From a virus (Duplodnaviria; Caudoviricetes), in IMG/VR virus record IMGVR_UViG_3300025324_000023, positions 1-38,319 of that record: DNA of 38,319 bases; one strand, written 5' to 3'. Each line of letters begins with the position of its first letter. The first letter of the stretch is position 1. Below the pieces are notes generated by a model that saw nothing but the letters and a program-made list of their open reading frames with translations, was not told the DNA's origin and ran no database searches. This document shows, piece by piece, positions 19,348-27,347 of this stretch. The translations under genes and the position numbers were made by a program.

Positions 19348-20020
19348 TTTTCCTTGGTCTTCCTCTTTTTCTTTTCACGATAATAGTTTCACTCCCGTCA
19401 ATAGATTTATGCCCATTCCCATTTGATTTTACGGTTTTTAATTCATTGATCAATCTCTTGTTATCTTCGAGCAGATTAATTTTTCGATTTAATAATTCTG
19501 ATTCTCCAGCATAATTTGTTGAATCATCCCAAAGGTGACCACCTAATTCAGAATTCATTCCTTCAAGCATCTTGATTTCTGATCGGAGTTCCAATGATCT
19601 CTCAAGCGGTGATGGAATATTAATCGACCCAGTTGAAAATGATGTGCGTGGAGTTTCTTTCTGAAACCGTGGAGATAATTCTATATTTTGTTCAACTGCA
19701 GGATTAAGATCTCCCGTCGCTAATGTATTTGAAACTCTTATACCGTAAGGATTGAAATGACTGACCTTCCATTTTTCAGGCGCAGTAGATCTTCGAATAG
19801 GCTCATTACGATCTTTTGGATTTGATTTTGCAATAACAGGGCCTTGCGGCTGCTGTCGTCCTTCCCATTTATTCAATTGATTCACATGTTTTTGGCTTAA
19901 TATTTCACCAGCATTAACTAATACTTTACCACCATATCCAATGACATCTTTTTGGACCTTCATCCCCGCTTTAAGTTCTGTAACGGGGAGATCTTTAACT
20001 TTTCCAATTTCGGCTACCAT
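19328..20020 (-). CDS. Hypothetical protein with C-terminal AT-hook-like motif
   Basis: GGGAGG SD; N-terminal 'LKAGMKVQKDV...GKVLVNAGEILS' domain; C-terminal KRKRGRPRK. Confidence 0.65.
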   Translation of the reverse strand: MVAEIGKVKDLPVTELKAGMKVQKDVIGYGGKVLVNAGEILSQKHVNQLNKWEGRQQPQGPVIAKSNPKDRNEPIRRSTAPEKWKVSHFNPYGIRVSNTLATGDLNPAVEQNIELSPRFQKETPRTSFSTGSINIPSPLERSLELRSEIKMLEGMNSELGGHLWDDSTNYAGESELLNRKINLLEDNKRLINELKTVKSNGNGHKSIDGSETIIVKRKRGRPRKNADKTS

Positions 20021-20053
20021 TTATAATTCCTCCCTAGGAAGCTATGCTTCCAC

Positions 20054-20116
20054 GATTTTATCCGCATGGCTAAAAATCAAGAGGGAGTTCCAGATCTCAG
20101 CCACGCGGGAAAAATC
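20054..20116 (-). promoter_or_regulatory. Long-stem, large-loop hairpin after the major capsid gene
   Basis: Minus strand GATTTTTCCCGCGTGGCT-27 nt-AGCCATGCGGATAAAATC: 18-nt arms with one G.U and two mismatches; no U tract. Confidence 0.5.
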
Positions 20117-20125
20117 ATAATTAAT

Positions 20126-21100
20126 TTAAGATACTTTCATCCATCCGCGCCAATTGAGGACGGTTGTCGCCCAACGAGATCGCGATTTCCATCTTCGAAC
20201 ATCCCGCTCGAATCGGCTTCCTGCTTCCGCCGGTTCCTCGAATAACCCAAGTTTCTGCCTCCATTGGAAAACAATTCCAATAAAGTCTGTTTTTATATAC
20301 CAGTCTGTCGTCGATGTTTGATCAAGACGTGGAGAAGAAATAACTTCCAATCCTTCTTCAGCTAATACATTCTTACCCTGTCCAACAGAAGCTGCAGGAC
20401 CTAATGTGCCGGCGGCATAAGCCCATGGAGCAAATGCACTTTTAGTTATGAGATTTGCAGTATATTTCAGATTTGTCGGAACAACCAAATGTGTAGCAAC
20501 AACATCTAAAAGATCCTCTGTTGTATGGCCTGTCCATCCGCCAATTATACCCAGAGCGACCGCTAGAGCATTAGCCGATAATGTTACATTTGTATAAATA
20601 TTGTCGTTCACACCGATAGCCGATCCGCCGGTATAACCAGGATGATTCAAACTGAAAAAAGCATTCGCATCATAGATCGTTGGATTCCCATTTATGATCG
20701 AATAAACAGTTTTATCCTCTTTTTTAGCATGGGCATTCCCAAGATCCATCGGCAATCTTTTTATCTGATTAGTTTTATCATCTTCAATCAATTCTTCTGT
20801 AATTGCAATGATCTCACCGTATTTGTGATTTGTAATCTCAACAAAATCCTCCGGCGGAATAGTCCTTTCGACAAACGGTGCGCCTTCCAGAATCTTTTCT
20901 GGAAGAGCTACATTACCGAGGGATGGATATCCCTCCTTCGCTTTATCAGATTCCTCGAATGTGACGATAGACGAATAAGTCGTCTTGGCTGTTCTATATG
21001 CCTTGAACATAAGATCTTTTAATCCAACATTCAAAAACTGATAGAACTCTGACCGAGACGAAGCTTCCCGTATAGATTTTAAATCCCATATTTCATTCAT
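20126..21100 (-). CDS. Major capsid protein (Mu gpT-like, HK97 fold)
   Basis: 'NHKYGEIIAITEELIEDD', 'YDANAFFSLNH', 'HLVVPTNL', 'ISSPRL....DWY', 'NWRG'. The AAGGAGG SD favours the ATG at 21100 rather than the track start 21154. Confidence 0.88.
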   Translation of the reverse strand: MNEIWDLKSIREASSRSEFYQFLNVGLKDLMFKAYRTAKTTYSSIVTFEESDKAKEGYPSLGNVALPEKILEGAPFVERTIPPEDFVEITNHKYGEIIAITEELIEDDKTNQIKRLPMDLGNAHAKKEDKTVYSIINGNPTIYDANAFFSLNHPGYTGGSAIGVNDNIYTNVTLSANALAVALGIIGGWTGHTTEDLLDVVATHLVVPTNLKYTANLITKSAFAPWAYAAGTLGPAASVGQGKNVLAEEGLEVISSPRLDQTSTTDWYIKTDFIGIVFQWRQKLGLFEEPAEAGSRFERDVRRWKSRSRWATTVLNWRGWMKVS

Positions 21101-21102
21101 TT

Positions 21103-22011
21103 TCATTTCCTCCTTGAGCCGGCTAATACCGGATTGATATTTAAAATCGTGCAACTCGTTCTATTGTCAATTCTGTGTTTCATATAACGAGTTGATTCTT
21201 CATGCCATCTAGCGAATTGTTGCAACGAAAGATTTGTAAAAACCTTTTCTCCATTTGTATTAATATCCTCGAAAATTGTTCCGGCTGTCCCTTCTTTTTC
21301 CATCCTTTCTTTTTCGAGTTCCTTAAATTCTCCACCTGCATAAAAATCACCATCCGGCTTCCAGCAAAAGTCGTGTCCGTACAAAAGAAGTTTATTGTAA
21401 TTTCTGACTGAGAGTCCGAATCCAAGCGCAATTGAGCTGACATTTCCGCCAGGAGCAAGTTTCGCTCCCACCTTTGTTTCCAGCGCATGCATATCATCAA
21501 TAAATTTCTGATGATCGATATCATAAACATTGTTCATCATGACAAACCAATAAATTTCTCCTTCCCATGCTTCTATTACTTTTGGGTGAGTAATGACATT
21601 AGCCACCAATTTTATATGAGATGTGTCAATCAATGAACCGTCTTTCCCTTCAAGCATAAAAAGAATCTTATCTGAGAAATCTGTTGTTACGCAAAAATCA
21701 GGTGTCAAGCCTTTTTGAATAAGAAATTTAAGGGAAGCGTCTACACAAATCAATTCACGATGTTTCCTCATCTTCACCAAATCATTAAAATCATTTTCCA
21801 ATGATGGTCCAGCGGCGACAGATATTCCCTCGCCATAATCTTTTGTCTTCCATAGATCTGCTATTGTCTTATTAATTCTGCCTGAGTTTTCTTTGGCATT
21901 TTTAATCCATTCGCCCTTATGTTTCTTTAAAGTCCGAATTGTTCGAGCTTTATGAATGACATCGAATTGTTCATTAATCGGTTTATTTTCAGTTTCCAAA
22001 AGCTGGATCAT
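21103..22011 (-). CDS. Maf/DUF115 family putative nonulosonate glycosyltransferase 2
   Basis: VAAGPSLE, ICVDASL..L...GLTPDFCVTTD, PGGNVSS, LLLYGHDFCW. Confidence 0.8.
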   Translation of the reverse strand: MIQLLETENKPINEQFDVIHKARTIRTLKKHKGEWIKNAKENSGRINKTIADLWKTKDYGEGISVAAGPSLENDFNDLVKMRKHRELICVDASLKFLIQKGLTPDFCVTTDFSDKILFMLEGKDGSLIDTSHIKLVANVITHPKVIEAWEGEIYWFVMMNNVYDIDHQKFIDDMHALETKVGAKLAPGGNVSSIALGFGLSVRNYNKLLLYGHDFCWKPDGDFYAGGEFKELEKERMEKEGTAGTIFEDINTNGEKVFTNLSLQQFARWHEESTRYMKHRIDNRTSCTILNINPVLAGSRRK

Positions 22012-22021
22012 ATTTTCTGTT

Positions 22022-23098
22022 TCATAATTCTAATTTGTCTTTTCCGTTTGGAGAATATTGTTTCGTCAAATCGGTTCCTGATACATATTCAATATCTTTT
22101 GTTTTTGTTAAATTTAAGTTTTCGCTAGGCTGATTAATCCATTCTTTTGGCGTGTATTTTTTAATTGCGTCTTTCAAATCCATTATTTCAACATACTCGA
22201 AATGTTCACCTTGTTGTCCTACACCAAGGATTCCACCTTCTGTCGCATTCACGACAGATCCTTTCATTTGTTTAGCCATAGCCTCATGCCAACGTTTAAA
22301 TGCAAGCAGAGACAAGTTTGTCTTAACTTCTTTTTTGTAAATATCGTAATGCGTCCCGCCAGGTGTGAGCGTGCGTGCACGCGTATTTTCGATATGTTCA
22401 TGCCCCGCATAATGATGTGAATCATATTCCCATGATAGATCAAGACCGACAAACACAATCTGCTGTGATTTTAAAAATTGCATTGCGAAATGATGGGCCG
22501 CCGTTGATACATTCCCACCCGTTAAAATCAAAGAATTGATCCCATCAAATTCAACTTTATAATTATCATCGGCAATAACTTCTTCTCCTTCTTTGATATC
22601 ACGGGTTGCTTTAACAATCCTAGTCAAATGAAAATGATTGAATCCTTTCTCGGCTCTTGCATGCGGTGTGTGAACAAAAAATAGAGGACCTTTCCATGTG
22701 GAAATAACATCTGGCGCCGCCGATGGAGTCGCGACCAAAGTCGTTCGACTTGTATCAATACCATCAATCATAGCGATCATTTTTTCTGAACCATCTATTG
22801 AAATACAATATTCTGGATAGATTTCATTATGAATCAAATATCGTAAAGCCGCATCAACACAGACAATAACACCCCTGGCAGATATTGTTTTAAGAAGATG
22901 GATATTTTTCTCAAGGCTTGGACCTGCAGCTACTACGTATGTAGTCAATCCAGTCAAATCAGGATTACCTTTTGAAAAGTATTTTCTATTCTTTAATGTA
23001 TTCTCACGCCAAAGATTATTTTTGCCTCCTCTAGTAGATTGATTAGTTAAATCTCCTATATAGTCCATTGCCATTGATTGTTCAATTGTCAATTCCAT
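22022..23098 (-). CDS. Maf/DUF115 family putative nonulosonate glycosyltransferase 1
   Basis: VAAGPSLEKN, VCVDAAL..L....IYPEYCISID, TGGNVSTAA, IVFVGLDLSW, VNATEGG. Confidence 0.82.
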   Translation of the reverse strand: MELTIEQSMAMDYIGDLTNQSTRGGKNNLWRENTLKNRKYFSKGNPDLTGLTTYVVAAGPSLEKNIHLLKTISARGVIVCVDAALRYLIHNEIYPEYCISIDGSEKMIAMIDGIDTSRTTLVATPSAAPDVISTWKGPLFFVHTPHARAEKGFNHFHLTRIVKATRDIKEGEEVIADDNYKVEFDGINSLILTGGNVSTAAHHFAMQFLKSQQIVFVGLDLSWEYDSHHYAGHEHIENTRARTLTPGGTHYDIYKKEVKTNLSLLAFKRWHEAMAKQMKGSVVNATEGGILGVGQQGEHFEYVEIMDLKDAIKKYTPKEWINQPSENLNLTKTKDIEYVSGTDLTKQYSPNGKDKLEL

Positions 23099-23123
23099 GA
23101 ATTACCCTACTTTCTATATTTGG

Positions 23124-23177
23124 GATAGACGAGCCGGAGAAAAGGACGCCGAACCCGAAAACTCCGGCCCGCCCATC
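23124..23177 (-). promoter_or_regulatory. 16-bp stem-loop between the decoration gene and Maf 1
   Basis: Minus strand GATGGGCGGGCCGGAG-22 nt-CTCCGGCTCGTCTATC. Its three G.U pairs work only on the minus (mRNA) strand; no U tract. Confidence 0.6.
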
Positions 23178-23186
23178 AGATCTAAT

Positions 23187-24167
23187 TTACAGATACCACG
23201 TATCGTGATCGAATACTTTTGTTCCATTCGGAAGATTGAGCCCACCAAGATTCAATATTCGTGTTTCATTAATCGACACTTCCGTATTTGACCATCCAAC
23301 AAGCAAAGCAACTGGAATAAGATTCGATTGCCATGTTATCGGAATCATCATCCCTGCGCTCACTGCAGAATTTGTCCAACTTGCAAGCGCGGTAAACGGA
23401 CCTGAGCATGTTTCTTTAGTGAATGCGGCAGCCCCACCTGTAGTAGATAATTTAACGGCGACCCAATAGAAACGAAGATCAGATGCACCAGGATTTAATT
23501 GTCCGACAGTAAAATCTGTTACGCGAGCAACGGAATTTAATTTTCCTTTGATCATGAACAGATTGACTTCACCTGTGGCTCCAGCATTGACTTGGCTTGA
23601 AGCCTGAGTATTTACAGAATGTTTTTTGATTTTGCATCCCTGAACTACTCTATTACCGAGCCAGAAATAAACATCTCTTCCATGCAATGGTTTCTCATAG
23701 AGAATAACTCCTTGAGTATCATTTGCAGTCGCACCGGAAAAATCTTTCTCAATTTCACCAACGCCAACATCTCTACGAAAATTATTGATCGTAAAGATTT
23801 GAGCTCCCGTCGCTCCACTCGAATAAATAACATTATCTCCCGCTTTTCCAGCCGTCTGAGCTATTCGAAATCGCACAGCCCCCTTACGAATAACTGGTAA
23901 TGCTTCATTAGCTGTTGGTGTTGCATAAAGAGTTGATCCAACAATATTCGTATCAAAATCAGCATCAACGACACCAACACCCCATTGACAAGCATAAGCA
24001 GATCCAGCGGGACCTATTCTCGATTCAGCACCGAGAACAGCTCGGCTAATGGGATCTGAATTTCTGGGAGCAACAACATAATCACCAGAAGTGATGTCTG
24101 TGCTTGCTTTTGGAATAATATTCTCTATCTCACCCCGATGGGCATAGCCTAGATTAATCTCTGCCAT
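23187..24167 (-). CDS. Head decoration/cement-like protein
   Basis: 326 aa, between scaffold and capsid genes; strong AAGGAGG SD; Gly/Ala/Thr/Ser-rich; N-terminal 'DITSGDYVV...GVGVVD...PVIRKGAVRF' resembles cement proteins. Confidence 0.6.
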   Translation of the reverse strand: MAEINLGYAHRGEIENIIPKASTDITSGDYVVAPRNSDPISRAVLGAESRIGPAGSAYACQWGVGVVDADFDTNIVGSTLYATPTANEALPVIRKGAVRFRIAQTAGKAGDNVIYSSGATGAQIFTINNFRRDVGVGEIEKDFSGATANDTQGVILYEKPLHGRDVYFWLGNRVVQGCKIKKHSVNTQASSQVNAGATGEVNLFMIKGKLNSVARVTDFTVGQLNPGASDLRFYWVAVKLSTTGGAAAFTKETCSGPFTALASWTNSAVSAGMMIPITWQSNLIPVALLVGWSNTEVSINETRILNLGGLNLPNGTKVFDHDTWYL

Positions 24168-24208
24168 AACTTCCTCCTTCTTTCATCACATTATGTTTCA
24201 TACTAACC

Positions 24209-24277
24209 GACATTCCCCGGCTCCGATCAAGGTTTCATTGTGACGAAGATTTGCGACATTCGTCGCTTGGGACATTC
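24209..24277. repeat. Three copies of GACATTC (GAATGTC on the mRNA strand)
   Basis: Exact copies at 24209-24215, 24255-24261 and 24271-24277 in the scaffold-decoration intergenic region. Confidence 0.6.
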
Positions 24278-24289
24278 ATCCCTTTAAAT

Positions 24290-24898
24290 TTACTTACCTA
24301 CCCCTACTTCTTTTTTCTCTTCCAAATCAAAATAAGGATCTTCTCCAAATAAATTCACGCAAAATTTCCTAACCTTTTCCTTCTCAGAAAGAGGTGACAA
24401 ATTTCTCTTGTCACCATCATTCGGAGATCCCACTTCTCCAATACAGACATTTTCCCGATCTTCGATCAAGGATTTTACCTGTGCTTCTTCGGTGATAATA
24501 GAATCGCCTTTTTTATATTCCTTGACGGATTGGAGAGTGGTTCTGAATGTCTCTGTGATATGAGCTTCTTTCAACTTTGAATCCTTTAGGAATTTATCAA
24601 TCATCCTCTCTTTGGATAATTCTTTTTCCTTCAGTTCATGAGCCTCAACTTTATTTTTGAGAGAATTATTTTCTCCTTCTAAAGCTGATATCTTTTCAGT
24701 AAATGATTTCATAACTCCTTTCGCTTCCTCTTTGATCGCATTAATTGATACGGAAAGCTCAGTAATTTTGTCATCATTATCTTTTGCCGGAACAGGAACG
24801 ATAAAAAGTTCTTTCAGATCCTGCCTCGATTCAATAACTGACTTAAGTTCATCTGCCGGTAAATCCTTCATCGCTTCTAAAATTTCATTAACAGTCAT
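24290..24898 (-). CDS. Nested in-frame scaffold protein (internal start, about 202 aa)
   Basis: GAGGAGGT SD at 24906-24913, 7 nt before the in-frame ATG at 24898, at the protease/coiled-coil boundary. Confidence 0.6.
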   Translation of the reverse strand: MTVNEILEAMKDLPADELKSVIESRQDLKELFIVPVPAKDNDDKITELSVSINAIKEEAKGVMKSFTEKISALEGENNSLKNKVEAHELKEKELSKERMIDKFLKDSKLKEAHITETFRTTLQSVKEYKKGDSIITEEAQVKSLIEDRENVCIGEVGSPNDGDKRNLSPLSEKEKVRKFCVNLFGEDPYFDLEEKKEVGVGK

Positions 24899-25639
24899 TG
24901 GTGTGACCTCCTCTTTCATTTTGTTGTTTTCTAAAATCTCAACACCCATCCCAGCATTACCAGGATAGTCGACCCAATTAACACCATTCACGTTCTCGAT
25001 TTCGTAAATAGCATTGTATGGTTTACCTTCAATCACTTCACTTCGACCCGAACCCTTGCCTTCGATGCTGACAGCCAATTCATCGGGAGCGACTTTCGCC
25101 CTCTCCCATAGCCAATTGTCGAATACTTTAACCCTAGCCTTAAGCTTTGATTTACCATCGGAATTATCAACCCAAGTTTCGACAATCGAGCTAGCCCAGT
25201 CGCGGACATCGCGATCAGGATCATCCACGTTTTTGGCATGATTGAAATACTGTTTCGGCCTGCTTTTCAATCGGCCCATTGCTGTTTCAAGTGCGGATTT
25301 CGTGTAGTAATTGTTATGAAATTTGTTTCCAGGTCCTTCTCGAAGGAGAGTGACGACCATTTCTTTCTTGCCTGTCGTATCGTTGAAAGTGGCTTCTGAT
25401 ATCTCAGCACGATTAAAATCGAATACGTCGGCATGGGAGGCTTTTTCGGAAATGCGAAAATTCTCTTGCATTGAACCATTCGCCATACGGAAAGCCATTG
25501 TTTCGCAATCCTTTCCGCCGTCTTTCGTGCATTTGCTATGGACAGAATTAAAGACGGAAATAAATTTGGATCGTTTGTTTATCGGCATCTTCTTTATGTG
25601 GTCAGGAAGTCCGGGATCATTTGGGCCGTTATATGGCAT
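24290..25639 (-). CDS. Prohead protease/scaffold with N-terminal ChaB-like domain
   Basis: GGAGG SD favours ATG 25639. 'MPY..PND..LPDHIKKMP...FISVFNS...ETMAF..A' is ChaB-like; protease core 'YFNH','SIEG','VDYPG'; charged coiled-coil C-terminus. Confidence 0.8.
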   Translation of the reverse strand: MPYNGPNDPGLPDHIKKMPINKRSKFISVFNSVHSKCTKDGGKDCETMAFRMANGSMQENFRISEKASHADVFDFNRAEISEATFNDTTGKKEMVVTLLREGPGNKFHNNYYTKSALETAMGRLKSRPKQYFNHAKNVDDPDRDVRDWASSIVETWVDNSDGKSKLKARVKVFDNWLWERAKVAPDELAVSIEGKGSGRSEVIEGKPYNAIYEIENVNGVNWVDYPGNAGMGVEILENNKMKEEVTPMTVNEILEAMKDLPADELKSVIESRQDLKELFIVPVPAKDNDDKITELSVSINAIKEEAKGVMKSFTEKISALEGENNSLKNKVEAHELKEKELSKERMIDKFLKDSKLKEAHITETFRTTLQSVKEYKKGDSIITEEAQVKSLIEDRENVCIGEVGSPNDGDKRNLSPLSEKEKVRKFCVNLFGEDPYFDLEEKKEVGVGK

Positions 25640-25694
25640 ATGCACCCTCCTGCATTGTTGGTAAACTTAATCGAAAATTCATACAATTGCTAGA

Positions 25695-26366
25695 ATGAGA
25701 AAAATAACCCCTGCACCAATTCATGAGACTAGAGTTTGTTTGAATTGCCATGGAAGTTATCGTTGTCATCCACGTGAATGGGCTAATAATTTTAGAAAAC
25801 GAAAATATTGCAGACAACAATGCGCGGCAACAGCTCTGGGAAAACTGAAGACATATTTGACGAAAATAAAATGCCACTACTGCAATAGTAGTTTTAAACA
25901 ACGAAACAGTAGCGATAAATTTTGCTCTAAAATTTGCTATTGGAAAAATAAGATTGGAAAACCAAATATTCATCCAAAGAAAAAGGTTAGGCGGGAAAAA
26001 ATAATTTGTCCTAATTGTGGGCAAGGAAGATTCTTCAGATTGAAAGAGATATCGCAGAAGAGACGATATTGCTCTCGCAAGTGTTACCGTTCTATTAAGA
26101 ACAAATACCCGGAAAATAGAAATATCGTGATAAATCAATCTCCGCGATTCGACAAAATTAAACTTTTTGTAAAAGAACGGGATGGGTATAAATGCCAGAA
26201 ATGTTTCCATGATTTCAATAAGAACCCTAAGAGAATGATTGTCCATCATATCAGAGACAGGAAATCCTTCGATGGGATAAGCCGTAAAATTCATCCAGTA
26301 GCGGATGATCCGTCGAATCTTATTCTCGTTTGTTACAGGTGTCATCAACTTGAACATACTCCATAA
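25695..26366 (+). CDS. Free-standing HNH homing endonuclease with three N-terminal Cys-rich repeats, antisense to the operon
   Basis: Three CxxC...(Y/F)CxxxC repeats; 'RDGYKCQKC','VHHI','NLILVCYRCHQLEH'. Confidence 0.85.
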   Translation: MRKITPAPIHETRVCLNCHGSYRCHPREWANNFRKRKYCRQQCAATALGKLKTYLTKIKCHYCNSSFKQRNSSDKFCSKICYWKNKIGKPNIHPKKKVRREKIICPNCGQGRFFRLKEISQKRRYCSRKCYRSIKNKYPENRNIVINQSPRFDKIKLFVKERDGYKCQKCFHDFNKNPKRMIVHHIRDRKSFDGISRKIHPVADDPSNLILVCYRCHQLEHTP

Positions 26367-26370
26367 AAAA

Positions 26371-26451
26371 GCGCATTAATCACGATGAACAATCAATTCG
26401 TGTTAATCTAATTGCGGTAATTAACGCGAAGTGTTCAACCGATTAATGCGC
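26371..26451 (-). terminator. Three-segment long hairpin followed by T6 on the minus strand (terminator/attenuator candidate)
   Basis: GCGCATTAATC/GATTAATGCGC (11 bp perfect), TGAACA/TGTTCA, TTCGTGTTAAT/ATTAACGCGAA; A6 at 26365-26370. Confidence 0.6.
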
Positions 26452-26488
26452 CTGGGTTCTTCCCGATAACGCTCAGTCTTTGCTAATA

Positions 26489-26707
26489 CTATCTTGCTCG
26501 GACCTCAGGATAATTTTCCCTTAACTCGATTCTATCTTTTTCTGTTATAACAACCACAACTCCCTGTTGATCATTTGATGATTGTGAAAATGTTTGAACT
26601 ACCTTAAAACTTATTAAGTCGCCGCGTTTGAAACTAAATTCAACAATGCCCCAGAATCCATTGCGATTTAATTCTGCCAATAATTCCTGAGCATTCTCAA
26701 TAATCAT
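26489..26707 (-). CDS. Small protein, weakly YezD/DUF2292-like
   Basis: 72 aa; helix plus 'GFWGIVEFSFKRGDLISFKVVQTF' beta pattern. Confidence 0.45.
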   Translation of the reverse strand: MIIENAQELLAELNRNGFWGIVEFSFKRGDLISFKVVQTFSQSSNDQQGVVVVITEKDRIELRENYPEVRAR

Positions 26708-26739
26708 GAGTATTTAAAATTTTATAGTCAAGCATTTTT

Positions 26740-26970
26740 TTAAATTATTATTTTTCCCGTCGAGGTTGTCTCTCTCAAGATAAAGCCATCGATCGGCTCA
26801 TGTTCCAGAATTGAAATCGCCTCATCTATTTTCTTCAGGACGCTGATCTTGTTGTAATTCTTCGTGATATGAATTCCTGTCGTCTCATTGAAATTAACGA
26901 CCAAATTGGCGATTTCTTTTCTTGCTTGCTCAAGATGGAAAATGGCTTCATTGATATTGTCCATATTCAA
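26740..26970 (-). CDS. Hypothetical protein
   Basis: 76 aa, 4-nt overlap with the upstream gene. Confidence 0.5.
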   Translation of the reverse strand: MNMDNINEAIFHLEQARKEIANLVVNFNETTGIHITKNYNKISVLKKIDEAISILEHEPIDGFILRETTSTGKIII

Positions 26971-27347
26971 TTCTCAATCAGCCAAAGACGAGCATTCCGA
27001 ACAGAAACTTGTTTTCCGGTTAAGCTTTTATAATTCAATTTCACATCTTGTTGCCCAGACGGTAAATTTCCAAATTCAAAACCTGTATTAATAACATATT
27101 CGTCTGGATTCGTATTCGAAATAACATTCTCGTTTATGATATTCGTATTGTTAGTTATTACTTGAATGACGACATTCTCTTTGGTTGCGGCTTTTCCTTC
27201 CACTGTCCAAAAAAGCATGAGCCTTCCACCATATGAAACGAATGGGAGATTAAGTTTCGTTTGCCAATACTTTGATGATGTTGTCGATTCGGCATTATCT
27301 TTCGCATAATCTTTTTGAATAAACAACTGCGATGATCTTATTCTCAC
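26967..27347 (-). CDS. Hypothetical beta-rich protein (possibly structural)
   Basis: 126 aa, coupled overlaps at both ends. Confidence 0.55.
   Translation of the reverse strand: MRIRSSQLFIQKDYAKDNAESTTSSKYWQTKLNLPFVSYGGRLMLFWTVEGKAATKENVVIQVITNNTNIINENVISNTNPDEYVINTGFEFGNLPSGQQDVKLNYKSLTGKQVSVRNARLWLIEN

Noticed and set aside
24181-24289. c-di-GMP-I riboswitch (GCAAA-containing stem)
   Set aside because: It lacks the GNRA tetraloop/receptor and the two-stem architecture.
101-25664. Numerous short + strand ORFs opposite structural and enzyme genes
   Set aside because: They are antisense shadows with no recognisable motifs, unlike 29297..30130 and 25695..26366.
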